A DNA stretch of 64,000 nucleotides, from positions 40,329 through 104,328 of the forward strand of contig DAOWGI010000027.1 in NCBI GenBank assembly GCA_030637655.1, in the 5' to 3' direction. The notes below the pieces were generated by a model, which had not been told where the DNA came from, ran no database searches, and saw only the letters and a list, made by a program, of their open reading frames with translations. How positions within the stretch are numbered: the stretch's first letter is position 1; every line of letters begins with the position of its first letter. Below, piece by piece: positions 18,371-28,677 of the stretch. The stretch comes from a candidate division FCPU426 bacterium. Its GTDB lineage: Bacteria > Oederibacteriota > JAAXVQ01 > JAUVAV01. The position numbers were made by a program, and so were the translations under genes.

Positions 18371-19762
18371 TTAACCTCTTTCATGATGCGCGACGCCGAC
18401 CCATTCGGAAAAGTGAATGCGTGCCTGCTCCCACATTTCTTCATCCGAAATACCTGTGACACGGCCGTCTTCATACTCTTTATCCACCCATTCTTTGATG
18501 GCAGTAACGCCGGGATCTTTTTTCTCAATCTTGAATTTTTCCGGAATTTTCAAACGGGCATTGATCCAATAGGCAATACCAGCCGCCCCGGATTTGTCCA
18601 TGATCCCAATATCCACCGGACGATTCAGCACTTTTTCCGTATCAAAAATATTGTATATTTCATGATCTTTCATCAAACCATCAGCATGGATGCCTGCTTT
18701 GGTTACATTAAAATTGGCTCCCACCAACGGCTGATTGGCCGGCACTTTGTAATTCATCTCTTTTTCAAAGTATTCAGCCACTTCGGTGATCACCGAAGTA
18801 TCCATCTCCGCCATATCGCCGCGCAGTCCGATGTATTCGATCAGCAAGGCTTCGATCGCTGTGTTGCCGGTTCGTTCGCCAATGCCCAACAAGGTTCCAT
18901 TGACTGCTGAACACCCGTACATCCACGCGGCTACTGAATTGGTTAAAGCACGATAAAAATCATTATGACCATGCCATTCCAAAAGTTCGGAAGGTACTCC
19001 GGCGTATTTAACTAAACCATGAATAATTCCATTCACATTTCTGGGAAGCATGACGCCCGGCACACTCACACCATAGCCTAAGGTATCACAGGCCCTAATT
19101 TTAACCGGGATACCGGATTCGCGGGATAAACGCATCAACTCCTGGGCAAAAGGAACTACAAATCCATAAAAATCAGCCCGGGTGATGTCTTCAAAATGAC
19201 AGCGTGGAATAACTCCTATTTCCAAAGCGCTGCGCACAATCTCCAAATAGCCATCCAAGGCCTGTCGCCTGGTTTTTTTCAGTTTGTTGAAAATATGATA
19301 ATCAGAAGCAGAGGTAAGAATTCCGGTCTCTTTCAGCCCGAGCTCTTTTACCAGCTTTAGATCCTCTTTTTTGGCACGAATCCAACCGGTCACTTCCGGG
19401 AATTCATGGCCGCGCTCCATACATTTATTCACAGCTTCTTTATCTTTGTCCGTATACAAGAAAAACTCGCTCTGACGAATAATGCCATTGGGACCGGACA
19501 TTTTGTGCATCAAATCGAATAATTTGACGATCTGATCCACAGTAAAAGGAGGCATGGCTTGCTGGCCATCCCGAAAAGTGGTATCTGTGATCCAGATGTC
19601 TTCAGCCGGCGTCAAGGGTGATACCCGGTGATTGAAGCACATCAAAGGCGGCATTTCATACGAATAGATATCCCTAAACAGGTTTGGCTCCTGAACTTCC
19701 TGGAGATCATAGCAATATTCTTCCCGCATCAAGGTTCGGCGGTGTTTATCAAATTTTATCAT
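18371..19762 (-). CDS. DRE-TIM metallolyase of the homocitrate / 2-isopropylmalate synthase family; candidate Re-citrate synthase
   Basis: 463 aa. TDTTFRDGQQ substrate-binding motif. First gene of a co-directional cluster with icd, mdh, fumarase and aconitase, and no Si-citrate synthase in the window. Re-citrate synthases of Clostridium kluyveri and Dehalococcoides belong to this family. Confidence 0.55.
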   Translation of the reverse strand: MIKFDKHRRTLMREEYCYDLQEVQEPNLFRDIYSYEMPPLMCFNHRVSPLTPAEDIWITDTTFRDGQQAMPPFTVDQIVKLFDLMHKMSGPNGIIRQSEFFLYTDKDKEAVNKCMERGHEFPEVTGWIRAKKEDLKLVKELGLKETGILTSASDYHIFNKLKKTRRQALDGYLEIVRSALEIGVIPRCHFEDITRADFYGFVVPFAQELMRLSRESGIPVKIRACDTLGYGVSVPGVMLPRNVNGIIHGLVKYAGVPSELLEWHGHNDFYRALTNSVAAWMYGCSAVNGTLLGIGERTGNTAIEALLIEYIGLRGDMAEMDTSVITEVAEYFEKEMNYKVPANQPLVGANFNVTKAGIHADGLMKDHEIYNIFDTEKVLNRPVDIGIMDKSGAAGIAYWINARLKIPEKFKIEKKDPGVTAIKEWVDKEYEDGRVTGISDEEMWEQARIHFSEWVGVAHHERG

Positions 19763-19857
19763 ACTCTCCCCTCCCTAATTAAATAAATAACCCCCAGTTC
19801 CCCGGGGGAGTAACAATATACGAGAGGCCATGATGATTGTCAACCTAGGAAAGATGC

Positions 19858-19890
19858 TTTTTGCAACATGTCAGTGAACTAATGGAAAGA
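19858..19890. repeat. Solo terminal fragment of the MITE family (caacatgtcagtgaactaatggaaagaa)
   Basis: Reverse complement of the family-P right end (cattagttcactgacatgttac). Downstream sequence diverges. Confidence 0.4.
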
Positions 19891-20058
19891 ATATTAGATT
19901 CGCCCCTACGGCATCCGGGGCATTCACGGGCGATTTCGCGATTCGTCATCGCCCACTTTCATAGGGGCGATCCTTGTGATCGCCCTCACATCACAGATGA
20001 TTACATGCTTTGCCCCTTCGATATCGTTTGTGATTTTTCTTTCATTCCTTTTTTGACA

Positions 20059-20607
20059 CTACCTGGATTTATATTCCTGTTTTGTAAACAAACCATTGAA
20101 AATCAAGTATATTATTGCCAAAGCAGACAGTGCCAGTAAAAACCACTTTGTTGCTGATGCAATTGATGCCAACAATAAAAGATTGGCATCAGGAATCCAA
20201 CCCGCAGAGAGCATTATAATATGTAAGCTGTTTTCAATGTAATCAAAGGGGATTGCCAATATCGGCAGACTGCAAAGCAAAAAGTGAGTATTAGTCAGTA
20301 TAGCGCCTTTTCGCAGGGCTAAAAAAGCTAAAACTCCGGCTAAAAACAGACCATAGGTTGCTGCATATATAAAATCCATCCAAATATTTTGCAAATACGA
20401 TTCAATTCCATCAGAACCCCAAATGGCTATTATCTTTAATGCTCTGGTTACTTTAAAGGACAATTGTAATTCCGGGAGGTATTTGCTCACTTGTGGCAAT
20501 TGACTGAACTGCATGGTACAGAACATGCCTATCATGGCAAGTCCGGAAACAAGAATAATTGGGAGGCGGGAAATTTTTTTATATATATATTGAAGAAACT
20601 GGTACAT
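20059..20607 (-). CDS. Hypothetical integral membrane protein
   Basis: 182 aa with about 5 predicted TM helices. No recognised motif. Confidence 0.45.
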   Translation of the reverse strand: MYQFLQYIYKKISRLPIILVSGLAMIGMFCTMQFSQLPQVSKYLPELQLSFKVTRALKIIAIWGSDGIESYLQNIWMDFIYAATYGLFLAGVLAFLALRKGAILTNTHFLLCSLPILAIPFDYIENSLHIIMLSAGWIPDANLLLLASIASATKWFLLALSALAIIYLIFNGLFTKQEYKSR

Positions 20608-20660
20608 ATTTCCCCCCTAAAATATGTGATCAGGCTGAAAATCCAAATCTTTGGTGATTG

Positions 20661-21443
20661 CTACTCATCTTCCCAAATCTCAGAAGATCGTACCCAACCT
20701 TTATAACCCTCTTGCGCTAACCCGATCGCTTTCCACTCTTTTTCATAACCTAATACCAGGACCTCGCGTCCTTCGGGTACGGTAAATCCAACCTGATTCT
20801 CTTCGCCTGGTCCATTGCGTGCTTCAGCTTGATTCACGACTATAACCCCCCAGCGCACATTACGCTCTTTTACTATACGCAGGCAGGCCCAAGTCGCCAG
20901 CAGCAAAAAAACAACGCCAATTATACTTCCGGTCCATCGCCAAAAAAATCCTTTGCCGCGCTGCCAAATAAACATTGCTATACTGCTACAAAAAATAATA
21001 TATGTAACCAGTGCCAAGAGTGCCAAGGTCTGCCCGGAAAACCGCTGCATAAGCGCTTGGAAAAGTTTGGTCAGAACACCGGTTTTATCTTCCGGTCGTG
21101 GTACCATGCTCCTGGCGTACTTTAAATTATACTGGATATCCGCATCGCCAGGTGCCCGTTTTTGTGCTTGACGATAATAAGCAATCGCTTTTCCAATATG
21201 TCCGTATTTAAATTCCGTGTTACCTAAATTATAATACAATTGAGAACTTTCCAAACCCTGTTTTTTCAACTCCAGATATTTCTTAAGGGCTTGAGTATAT
21301 TCCCCTTGATCATACGCTATTCTGGCTTCTTCCGCTTTTTGCTCAAAAACACCCTGTACTTCCTGCGCCCGGCTCCAGGAGGTCATGTTTACTATAACGA
21401 TAAGAAGGAAAAAAACTCTTTTCATGCGCTTGCTCCTTGCCAA
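20661..21443 (-). CDS. BatE-like protein (signal peptide, TPR repeats, TM segments, C-terminal SH3b-like domain)
   Basis: Domain order and position at the 3' end of the Bat operon match BatE of Bacteroides-type aerotolerance operons. Confidence 0.5.
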   Translation of the reverse strand: MARSKRMKRVFFLLIVIVNMTSWSRAQEVQGVFEQKAEEARIAYDQGEYTQALKKYLELKKQGLESSQLYYNLGNTEFKYGHIGKAIAYYRQAQKRAPGDADIQYNLKYARSMVPRPEDKTGVLTKLFQALMQRFSGQTLALLALVTYIIFCSSIAMFIWQRGKGFFWRWTGSIIGVVFLLLATWACLRIVKERNVRWGVIVVNQAEARNGPGEENQVGFTVPEGREVLVLGYEKEWKAIGLAQEGYKGWVRSSEIWEDE

Positions 21444-21467
21444 ACAGTCATTACCTGTTTGGCAGCT

Positions 21468-23351
21468 CTATTTACTTAAAATCCGGCCCAATTGCGTTAA
21501 TAATTCTATAGCCTTTTGTTCATCCGCGGCCATGGCTGCGGATTCGCGTTCACTGGGCGCAAACCGGGCAAAATCGGTTTCATCAAACAATTCCGACAGT
21601 TCGGTTATTAGTTGTTCCTTGGCTCCGCGCTTATGCAATTGCCACAGAATTTCTCTCTGGGTAATACCACTGCGGGAGGCTCCCATCTCATCAGCCAGGT
21701 AACCTATTAAAGCTTGCGCCAAGGCTGCATAGAATTCCTTGGCATCGTGCCGCAAACGCGCGCTGCTGGCCTGTTTTAAGGCCCTTTGCGCGCTGCGACC
21801 GGCAGTTATTTTTCGGGCATACCGGGGATCTGCTGCCAAGCGATCGCGCTGTTTTTGCCAGGCCCGGAAACCCAATAATCCCAGCGGAGGAAATAAAAAA
21901 CCCGCGATCCAAAATAGCGGAGGCAAAGGCGGTGCTTCGGGATGCAGAGGAATTTCGGTTTTCAGATAACGGATATCCTGGGCAATAATTTTAACACCCG
22001 CTCCTGTAGTCTGCGGTAGAGTGCCAACTACCGGAACCAGCGTAGGCACTTCCCCGGGCAATACTTTCAAATGCAGACTGGGCACTTTGACCTGTTCAAA
22101 TTTTTTCCGGCGCGGATTGAAATAACTGTACGTTATCGGTGGAATGGATAATGTTCCAGTGACTTCCGGGCGCAGCAAGGTGCGATATATCTTCACCCCT
22201 TGAATAGTATCCGCTTTTTTTTGTACTTCAGACGAGGAAATCGTCTCATACACTTTAAATCCGGTAAGCGGCGGCAACCGCGGTTTGCCCACGGATTTCA
22301 CATTACCTTGACCAAAAATACGCACTTCTAAGGTAACCGCCTCTCCCACCTTGGCTTCTGTGCGGTCCAGGCCGGCTGACAGGGACCACTTGCCCACGGT
22401 TCCGGTAAAATCCCGGGGCCGTTTTGTGGCTGGTACTGGTTGTACCTGCATGGTAATCGGTTTGGATTGCAGGTTAACCCGTTGTCCGGTAGAAAAAAAG
22501 TTTCTAAAAAAACTATCGGAAAAAGGATCCCGTATCTTGCGCTGAAAATCCTGGATATGCACAGTCAGCTCTGCCGGTCCAATAGTTAGCTTCCCAGATG
22601 TGGTCGGAAACAAGACCTGGCGAATCTCAATTACTTTATATTCCCTTCCCTCAATATGCGTCATGTATTCCCGTTGGGGTGGTAAATCTTCCGCCCAAAA
22701 ACCACTGGTGTCCGGTGCTGTATACTGAGGTTGTGATAATGCCGGGATGCGTGAGTACCAGCGAAATGTCAGAATCACCGGTTCATTGACATACACCGAA
22801 CGTCTATCCACGGTTGTGGTCACAAAAATCGCTTTGTTTTCTTTTTGCGCCGCATCGCCAGGTGGTCCTGCTTGAGGTCGCGAGCGCGCCTGAGGCTGTG
22901 AGCGCTGTACACTTCCGGGACGACCGGGTGGGGTGAAGCCTTGCGCTGCCCCGGTAACAGTCATCTGTATGGGCTGGGTGGAATAGGTCTTGCCTTTGTA
23001 CTCAATACTAATCGGTCCAAGCGTAAATTGACCGGCACGCTTGGGAACCATGACATACGTAAATTGCAGTGTTGACGACACTTGGCCGTTAATAAAAGAA
23101 AAATTCGAGGAACGTCCTCCCCCGTACACTTGAAAATCCGGTAAATCCGGAAGCTGGGGCACGTTGCGTAGATTCGCTTTACCCTCGATAGCTACAACCA
23201 GTTGTATATGCCGGCCAACACTTGCTTGCTTGGGCTTTACCACCGCTTTGATGGAAATATCCTGCGCGGATGTCAAGAGCGGCTGATTAAACAGCAACAC
23301 AGCCAGTCCTATACTAATTTTCAATAGAGATTCCCAAAACAAATGCCTCAT
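21468..23351 (-). CDS. BatD-like oxygen-tolerance protein
   Basis: 627 aa. Signal peptide, large periplasmic domain, two TM segments, cytoplasmic tail. Lies between batB and batE-like. Confidence 0.55.
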   Translation of the reverse strand: MRHLFWESLLKISIGLAVLLFNQPLLTSAQDISIKAVVKPKQASVGRHIQLVVAIEGKANLRNVPQLPDLPDFQVYGGGRSSNFSFINGQVSSTLQFTYVMVPKRAGQFTLGPISIEYKGKTYSTQPIQMTVTGAAQGFTPPGRPGSVQRSQPQARSRPQAGPPGDAAQKENKAIFVTTTVDRRSVYVNEPVILTFRWYSRIPALSQPQYTAPDTSGFWAEDLPPQREYMTHIEGREYKVIEIRQVLFPTTSGKLTIGPAELTVHIQDFQRKIRDPFSDSFFRNFFSTGQRVNLQSKPITMQVQPVPATKRPRDFTGTVGKWSLSAGLDRTEAKVGEAVTLEVRIFGQGNVKSVGKPRLPPLTGFKVYETISSSEVQKKADTIQGVKIYRTLLRPEVTGTLSIPPITYSYFNPRRKKFEQVKVPSLHLKVLPGEVPTLVPVVGTLPQTTGAGVKIIAQDIRYLKTEIPLHPEAPPLPPLFWIAGFLFPPLGLLGFRAWQKQRDRLAADPRYARKITAGRSAQRALKQASSARLRHDAKEFYAALAQALIGYLADEMGASRSGITQREILWQLHKRGAKEQLITELSELFDETDFARFAPSERESAAMAADEQKAIELLTQLGRILSK

Positions 23352-23378
23352 CGTATCAAGTGCTCGCTTCTGGTTATA

Positions 23379-25157
23379 TTACCAAGTGGCTTTTCTTCGA
23401 CCCTCTGGTTGTTGCTGTCGCTTCTGCATGCGTTTTCGGTGCGCGTCTTTTTCCGCCTCGCGCACCGCGTCGAGTATTGTTTCCGCTTCTTCCGGCCGCA
23501 TCTCTCCCGGCCGGGGTTTTTTTGGCTCTTTCTCCTCCGGTGTGTTCTGCTCTTGTCCGGAATCCGCTTTTTGCTCGCCTTTATCATCCGCTTGGTCCGG
23601 CTCTGATTCGTCTTTGGACTTGCGCGGATCCTGATCCTTTAGATCCTGCTCTTTTTTCCGCCCACCAGCTGATTGCTGCTGCTGATTTTTCTGATCCTGC
23701 TTATCATCTTTGTTCTGTTGCTCTTGTTGCGACGACGGATTTTTCAGCATTTGAATCGTCTGAGCTAAATTATAAATCGTATCCTCATCCTGGGGAGCTA
23801 ATTTTAAAGCTTCCCGGTAATGTTTGGCTGCTTCCTGATATTTTTGGGAGGCAAAATACGTATTTCCCAGGTTGTACAAAATTTCAGCGCGCATTTTTTC
23901 ATGCTTACTCTTTAATGCCCGTTGATACGATTTTTCCGCCTCGTCAAAGCGTTCTTGCTGATGCAGGCTGTTTCCAATATTATAGTTCACCTTGGGCTCA
24001 TCCGGACTTTTAATTTGCGCCTCCCGGTAGGCTTCCAGCGCTTCTTCGTATTTGCCTTGTTTATATTTGCGATTTCCTTTATTAACCTCCTCGGCCGTGC
24101 CGGCCCAAGCTAATTGCGGTAATAATAGCATAACCAGAAATATAGTTAACCAGGAACCTTTCCGTTTTGGTAACCAAAAAGCAAAAAGCAATAATAATAA
24201 CGCGGGCAAAAGTACATATTGATAGCGATTCTCGTTTGCTCCGTATTGTCCGCCGGTCACCTCCCGTTTTCGCATTTGCGCTATAAGATCCACAATTTGT
24301 TTGGCTTCTAAGCTGCCGTGATGCGCCGGTAAGTATACACCCCCTGTCATATCCGTGATTTTTTTTAAAGTTGCTTCATCCAATCGGGACATCACAGTTT
24401 TTCCATTTTTATCTTTAACATAATCGACGATCTCACCTTTGGCATTACGAATCGGTATGGGCTCCCCGCCGGGAGATCCGAAACCAATACTGAGTATTTT
24501 CACTCCCGCGGCTTTAGCTTCTTGGGCAGCTTCTATGACTTTCGAATCATGATCCTCTCCATCGGTTAGCAAAACCAAAACACGGTAGCCTTCTGATCCC
24601 TCAGGAAAAATTTCCAAGCCGGCCCTAATGGCGGTCCCCAATTCGGTCCCAGCCACAGACACGGATTGGGGAGATAAATAGTTTAAAAACATCTTGGCCG
24701 CAACATAATCCGTAGTCAGAGGACAGGCCACCTGAGCGGAGCCGGCAAAAGCAATGATTCCGACCCGATCCCCGCCCAAATGATCAATAAACGCTCCCAG
24801 TTCTTGCTGCGCGCGTTCCAGGCGATTGGGACGAACATCTTCAGCCAACATGGATTGTGAGACATCCAAGATAATAATGACATCCACACCTTGCCGTAGC
24901 ACTTCCACCATTTTCACCCCATATTGTGGTCCTGCCAATGATAACCCGAGCAGAAATAACCCCGCCAAGAGTGCCAGCCCTTTTAGAACCCGGCGAGTAT
25001 TGGACAGGTCTTGTATCAATTGGTCCACCAAAGACTGATTTCCAAAAACCCGCAGATCGCGTTGGCGTTGCCAGCGCGCCCACAGGGCAATGATTACCAG
25101 AGCGGGCAGCAGAATTCCCAACACCAGGTAAAAAATAACCGGGTAAACAAATTGCAT
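23379..25157 (-). CDS. BatB-like protein (VWA domain plus TPR repeats, with a K/E/Q-rich acidic tail)
   Basis: VWA MIDAS motif (DVSQSM). TPR repeats. Start taken at MQFVYPV (ATG 25157, GAGAGGA RBS), downstream of MITE copy A. Confidence 0.7.
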   Translation of the reverse strand: MQFVYPVIFYLVLGILLPALVIIALWARWQRQRDLRVFGNQSLVDQLIQDLSNTRRVLKGLALLAGLFLLGLSLAGPQYGVKMVEVLRQGVDVIIILDVSQSMLAEDVRPNRLERAQQELGAFIDHLGGDRVGIIAFAGSAQVACPLTTDYVAAKMFLNYLSPQSVSVAGTELGTAIRAGLEIFPEGSEGYRVLVLLTDGEDHDSKVIEAAQEAKAAGVKILSIGFGSPGGEPIPIRNAKGEIVDYVKDKNGKTVMSRLDEATLKKITDMTGGVYLPAHHGSLEAKQIVDLIAQMRKREVTGGQYGANENRYQYVLLPALLLLLFAFWLPKRKGSWLTIFLVMLLLPQLAWAGTAEEVNKGNRKYKQGKYEEALEAYREAQIKSPDEPKVNYNIGNSLHQQERFDEAEKSYQRALKSKHEKMRAEILYNLGNTYFASQKYQEAAKHYREALKLAPQDEDTIYNLAQTIQMLKNPSSQQEQQNKDDKQDQKNQQQQSAGGRKKEQDLKDQDPRKSKDESEPDQADDKGEQKADSGQEQNTPEEKEPKKPRPGEMRPEEAETILDAVREAEKDAHRKRMQKRQQQPEGRRKATW

Positions 25158-25213
25158 ACTTAAATCATCCTCTCTGAGAATAGAACAAAAGAGCAATAGA
25201 AAAAGCTCAATTG

Positions 25214-25439
25214 CGGTAACATGTCAGTCATGCGTTTTTTTGTTTATCATCCATGAATGCAACCCCACCCTGTCATCCCCGAATGCTCTTATCGGGGATA
25301 TGGTTTAAAAAACCAGATTCCTGCCGAATGCGTCCCTATATATCTTTTCCGGTCGGGGCCGATTAAACCCTCGGGAATGACAACCTTTGTTAACCGCAAT
25401 TCGCTGACATGTTACTACTAAATGCTCAAGCTCCTAGGG
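25214..25439. mobile_element. MITE-like repeat, family 3 copy A, with TIRs ggtaacatgtcag / ctgacatgttac plus a flank ctaaatgctcaagctcctagg
   Basis: The internal 160 bp (gtcatccccgaatgc..tatcggggata..ccgattaaaccctcgggaatgac) is near-identical to 27557-27710 and, in reverse orientation, to 29780-29895. The batA stop codon lies in the right flank. Confidence 0.65.
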
Positions 25440-26423
25440 AATACGTCGAAAAACGGTTTGCTGTAACAAGGCGCCCAGCACCAATAATAAAAATCCCGCA
25501 GCCAACCAGCCGAAATACAGATCCCGATAGCTGGTGAATTCCACAATCTTGTATTCGCTTTTTTCCATGCGATTGATTTTTTCGAATATTTTTGCCAAGC
25601 CTTTGGGGTCTTTGGCGCGAAAATACCTGCCATTGGCCGCATTGGCCACCCGTCTCAGGGTCTCTTCATCCAGGTCATTTTTCATGGGTACCATACGTGT
25701 TCCGTACACTGGATGCTGCATAGGCATCAAACCACCTTCCAACGACCCTGCGCCTACAGCATATATCTTAATCCCCAGTGCGGCCGCAGCCTTGGCGGCT
25801 GTCACCGGATCAATCTGACCCATATTGTTTCGTCCATCGGTCAGAAGCAGGATAACCCGGCTGGCAGCTTTGGATTCACGCAAGCGATCCGCGGCTGTCG
25901 CAATGGCCATACCAATCGCCGTGCCATCCACTTCAGTCATATCAATTGCAACATGCTTCATATATTCCAGCAAGGCTCTTTTATCCGAGGTCAAAGGGCT
26001 CACAGTCATGGAGGTCCCTCCAAAAACAACTAAACCTATTCTGTCTCGTACACGACTTTCGATAAATTTGAGCGCCACTTCTTTGGCCGCGCCTAAACGA
26101 TTCTGGGGTTTAAAATCCACGGACCGCATGGAACCTGAAGTATCCAGACACAGAATAATATCCACACCTTTGCCTGAAATTTGTTCGGTCTTAAGCCCAA
26201 ACTGGGGACGAGCCATAGCCGTTACCGTTAAACATAAACCAATAACCGTAAGCAGCCCTATGATCTCATCCGGACCCAGCCTGGTTTGGGAAACGCTCTT
26301 TTCAATACCAGTCAATTCAGGGAAGCGAATCCCGTTCGGTTTGCGTGCCCGCAACCACCACAATACTGCTAATCCGGCAATTGGAAGCAGAAGTAAAAAC
26401 CACCAGGGATTCGCGAACTTCAT
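25434..26423 (-). CDS. BatA-like VWA-domain membrane protein
   Basis: N-terminal TM segment then VWA with MIDAS motif (DTSGSM). Start taken at MKFANPWW (ATG 26423, GAGGAGAAA RBS). Confidence 0.7.
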   Translation of the reverse strand: MKFANPWWFLLLLPIAGLAVLWWLRARKPNGIRFPELTGIEKSVSQTRLGPDEIIGLLTVIGLCLTVTAMARPQFGLKTEQISGKGVDIILCLDTSGSMRSVDFKPQNRLGAAKEVALKFIESRVRDRIGLVVFGGTSMTVSPLTSDKRALLEYMKHVAIDMTEVDGTAIGMAIATAADRLRESKAASRVILLLTDGRNNMGQIDPVTAAKAAAALGIKIYAVGAGSLEGGLMPMQHPVYGTRMVPMKNDLDEETLRRVANAANGRYFRAKDPKGLAKIFEKINRMEKSEYKIVEFTSYRDLYFGWLAAGFLLLVLGALLQQTVFRRIP

Positions 26424-27448
26424 GGCTTCTGTTTCTCCTCTTGCTCCTGTTGTTGTGTTTCCTGCATTATCCGCGTAGTATGCTCCACGGCTTCGTAGAT
26501 TTGTATCCAATCCGCTTGCGCTTCTTTTTCCATTGGCTGAAATTTAGCAAACTTGACCATATCACTTTGTTCCAATACATTACGAATCGCATTCACATCC
26601 TGGCGGGGGATGGCTGTTCCTTTGATTTCCCGCAGCAACTCATGTGTCGTGCGATCAATGGCCGGAATACGGAACTGGTTTTCAATGTAATGTCGTGCTA
26701 TCCCTGACAGTTCACTATAATACTTCTTCCATTGCCCCTTTAAAATAAGCGTTGAGTTTCGCAAAGCCAGCAAGCGTTCTTTGGCAATTTCATCGGCCGG
26801 CCGGGTCGGCGCTGCCGACGCTTCGGTCTGTTGCCTTAGCTTACGATATCGGTCAAACCAAAACAGCGCCGCGGCAAGCACACCTGCTGCCAACAACACA
26901 CTGCCCAGCAACCACCAGGACGTCATTCCTCGCGGATCCTTAAGACCGCGTATTTTTCCCGGTTCATCATTCTCTCGTGGCAACAGGTGCTTTACTTTAA
27001 TTATTATCGGCGCAGAATGAAATTCCGAAGCTTTTCCATCCGGGCCGGAAAACTTTTGGATCAAAGCGGGTATCTGCACTTCTCCTGACACAAAGGTTTG
27101 CAGAGTTAAAATATCTTTACGCACAAATTGCCCGTTCACATAGTCGGGTTTGCCAAGTTGGGCATACACCACTTCCCAATCATTTAGTGTTTCCGGATAC
27201 TCCATTTTTTCCAGCGTGATCGAGGGTTGCGCTTCAACCAAAACCTCCACGAGCACACGATCCCCTATTTTGGGATTTTCGGTCATGGGTGTAAGTGTAA
27301 TACGCATTGGACCCTGAATGTCCGGACAACGCCTGGCAGTCACTGTGGCGCTGATTGCGTCAGCTGCTCCGCGCTCTATTTTCACGGCTGAACCAGAACC
27401 CGGCAGCCCTAACACTATGGCAATAAATAACAGCACTATTTTTTTCAT
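26420..27448 (-). CDS. Bat-operon membrane protein (signal peptide, periplasmic domain, single TM, cytoplasmic tail)
   Basis: Occupies the position of the DUF4381-type hypothetical protein in Bat operons. Start taken at MKKIVLLF (27448). The ORF-track N-terminal extension is encoded by MITE copy B and is probably not translated. Confidence 0.45.
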   Translation of the reverse strand: MKKIVLLFIAIVLGLPGSGSAVKIERGAADAISATVTARRCPDIQGPMRITLTPMTENPKIGDRVLVEVLVEAQPSITLEKMEYPETLNDWEVVYAQLGKPDYVNGQFVRKDILTLQTFVSGEVQIPALIQKFSGPDGKASEFHSAPIIIKVKHLLPRENDEPGKIRGLKDPRGMTSWWLLGSVLLAAGVLAAALFWFDRYRKLRQQTEASAAPTRPADEIAKERLLALRNSTLILKGQWKKYYSELSGIARHYIENQFRIPAIDRTTHELLREIKGTAIPRQDVNAIRNVLEQSDMVKFAKFQPMEKEAQADWIQIYEAVEHTTRIMQETQQQEQEEKQKP

Positions 27449-27505
27449 GTTCTTATCTTCATTTCGTTCCTGGTTTCTTCGCTTCAATCTCCGGGCTGAG
27501 TACTT

Positions 27506-27745
27506 CCTAGGAGTTTGAGCATTTAGTCTGTTTTTTGGTAACAGGTCAGTCATGCGTTTTTTTGTTTGTCATCCCCGAATGCAGCCCCCACCCTGTCATC
27601 CCCGAATGCTTGTATCGGGGATACGGTTTTAAAAAACCAGATTCCTGCCGAATGCGTCCCTATATATCTTTTCCGGTCGGGGCCGATTAAACCGTTCGGG
27701 AATGACAACCTAAAAAAACCGCCTAAATGCTCAAACTCCTAATGG
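27506..27745. mobile_element. MITE-like repeat, family 3 copy B, with outer TIRs cctaggagtttgagcatttag / ctaaatgctcaaactcctaatgg
   Basis: Internal core identical to copy A. Lacks the inner right ctgacatgttac segment (about 20-bp deletion relative to A). The DUF58 gene stop codon lies in the right terminus. Confidence 0.65.
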
Positions 27746-28617
27746 AACCGTTTGGCACGCATGCGAAAGAACTTAACTAATGGTCCAATATATGACCGAT
27801 CGGTCTGCAATTCAATTCCATCCATATTTATTTTTCGGAACAGATCACGTCGCGCTTCCCGCTGATCCCGGTTATATTGAGCATAGGCTTTTCGAACTGC
27901 CGCCGAACCGGTCGGCACCAAACGACTGGTTCCCCGTTCCGAATCCTCCATAACCACATACGGAATGTTTGGCAAGGTCTCTTCCCGCGGATCACGTATT
28001 TCTATGGCAATCACATCATGCCTGCGGTTGGTCACAGCCAACGCGCGTTCATAGCCGTGGACATGGAAATCGGAAATTAAGAAAACAATGCAGCGCCGCT
28101 TTAAAACCTCATTTAAATACTCCAGAACGGGATTGAAATCCGTGCCGTGACCTTCGGGTTGCGCGTATAGCACATCCCGCAAAATTCTGGATAGATGCGA
28201 GCCGCCCTTGGCCGGCGGAATAAATTTTTCAATTTGATCAGTAAACAACAATGCGCCTACGCGATCATTGTTTTTAATGGCCGTATAACTGAGCACTGCC
28301 GCGATCTCTGCTGTCATTTCCGCTTTGGTTTGCGATTGCGTACCAAATCTTTGTGAGGCCGAAGCATCCACCAACAGCATAATATTAAGTTCGCGTTCCT
28401 CAGTAAATTTCTTGATGTGCGGATGTCCGGTGCGCGCGGTAACATTCCAATCAATGGCACGAATATCATCTCCGGGAAAATACTCCCGAACCTCATCAAA
28501 TTCCATGCCTCGTCCTTTGAACACACTCTCATATTGACCGGCAAATATTTCGTTTACAATACGGCCGGTTCTAATTTCCAGACGCCTGATTTTGGCAATG
28601 ATTTCTTTGGGTAACAT
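27739..28617 (-). CDS. DUF58 (VWA-like) protein, MoxR partner
   Basis: 292 aa. Conserved DUF58 block (DIRAIDWNVTART..KKF..E). Directly downstream of moxR. Confidence 0.75.
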   Translation of the reverse strand: MLPKEIIAKIRRLEIRTGRIVNEIFAGQYESVFKGRGMEFDEVREYFPGDDIRAIDWNVTARTGHPHIKKFTEERELNIMLLVDASASQRFGTQSQTKAEMTAEIAAVLSYTAIKNNDRVGALLFTDQIEKFIPPAKGGSHLSRILRDVLYAQPEGHGTDFNPVLEYLNEVLKRRCIVFLISDFHVHGYERALAVTNRRHDVIAIEIRDPREETLPNIPYVVMEDSERGTSRLVPTGSAAVRKAYAQYNRDQREARRDLFRKINMDGIELQTDRSYIGPLVKFFRMRAKRFH

Positions 28618-28677
28618 ATCGTTATTACATTCCTTCGCAGATTGTCGTGTAGGGGCGAGGTTACCTCGCCCCTACGA

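Noticed and set aside
23360-24013. 217-aa plus-strand ORF and other ORFs opposite batB and batA (23343-23634, 25825-26478)
   Set aside because: They lie fully inside well-supported minus-strand genes (VWA/TPR BatB, BatA). No start signals; Pro/Ala/Ser-rich low complexity.
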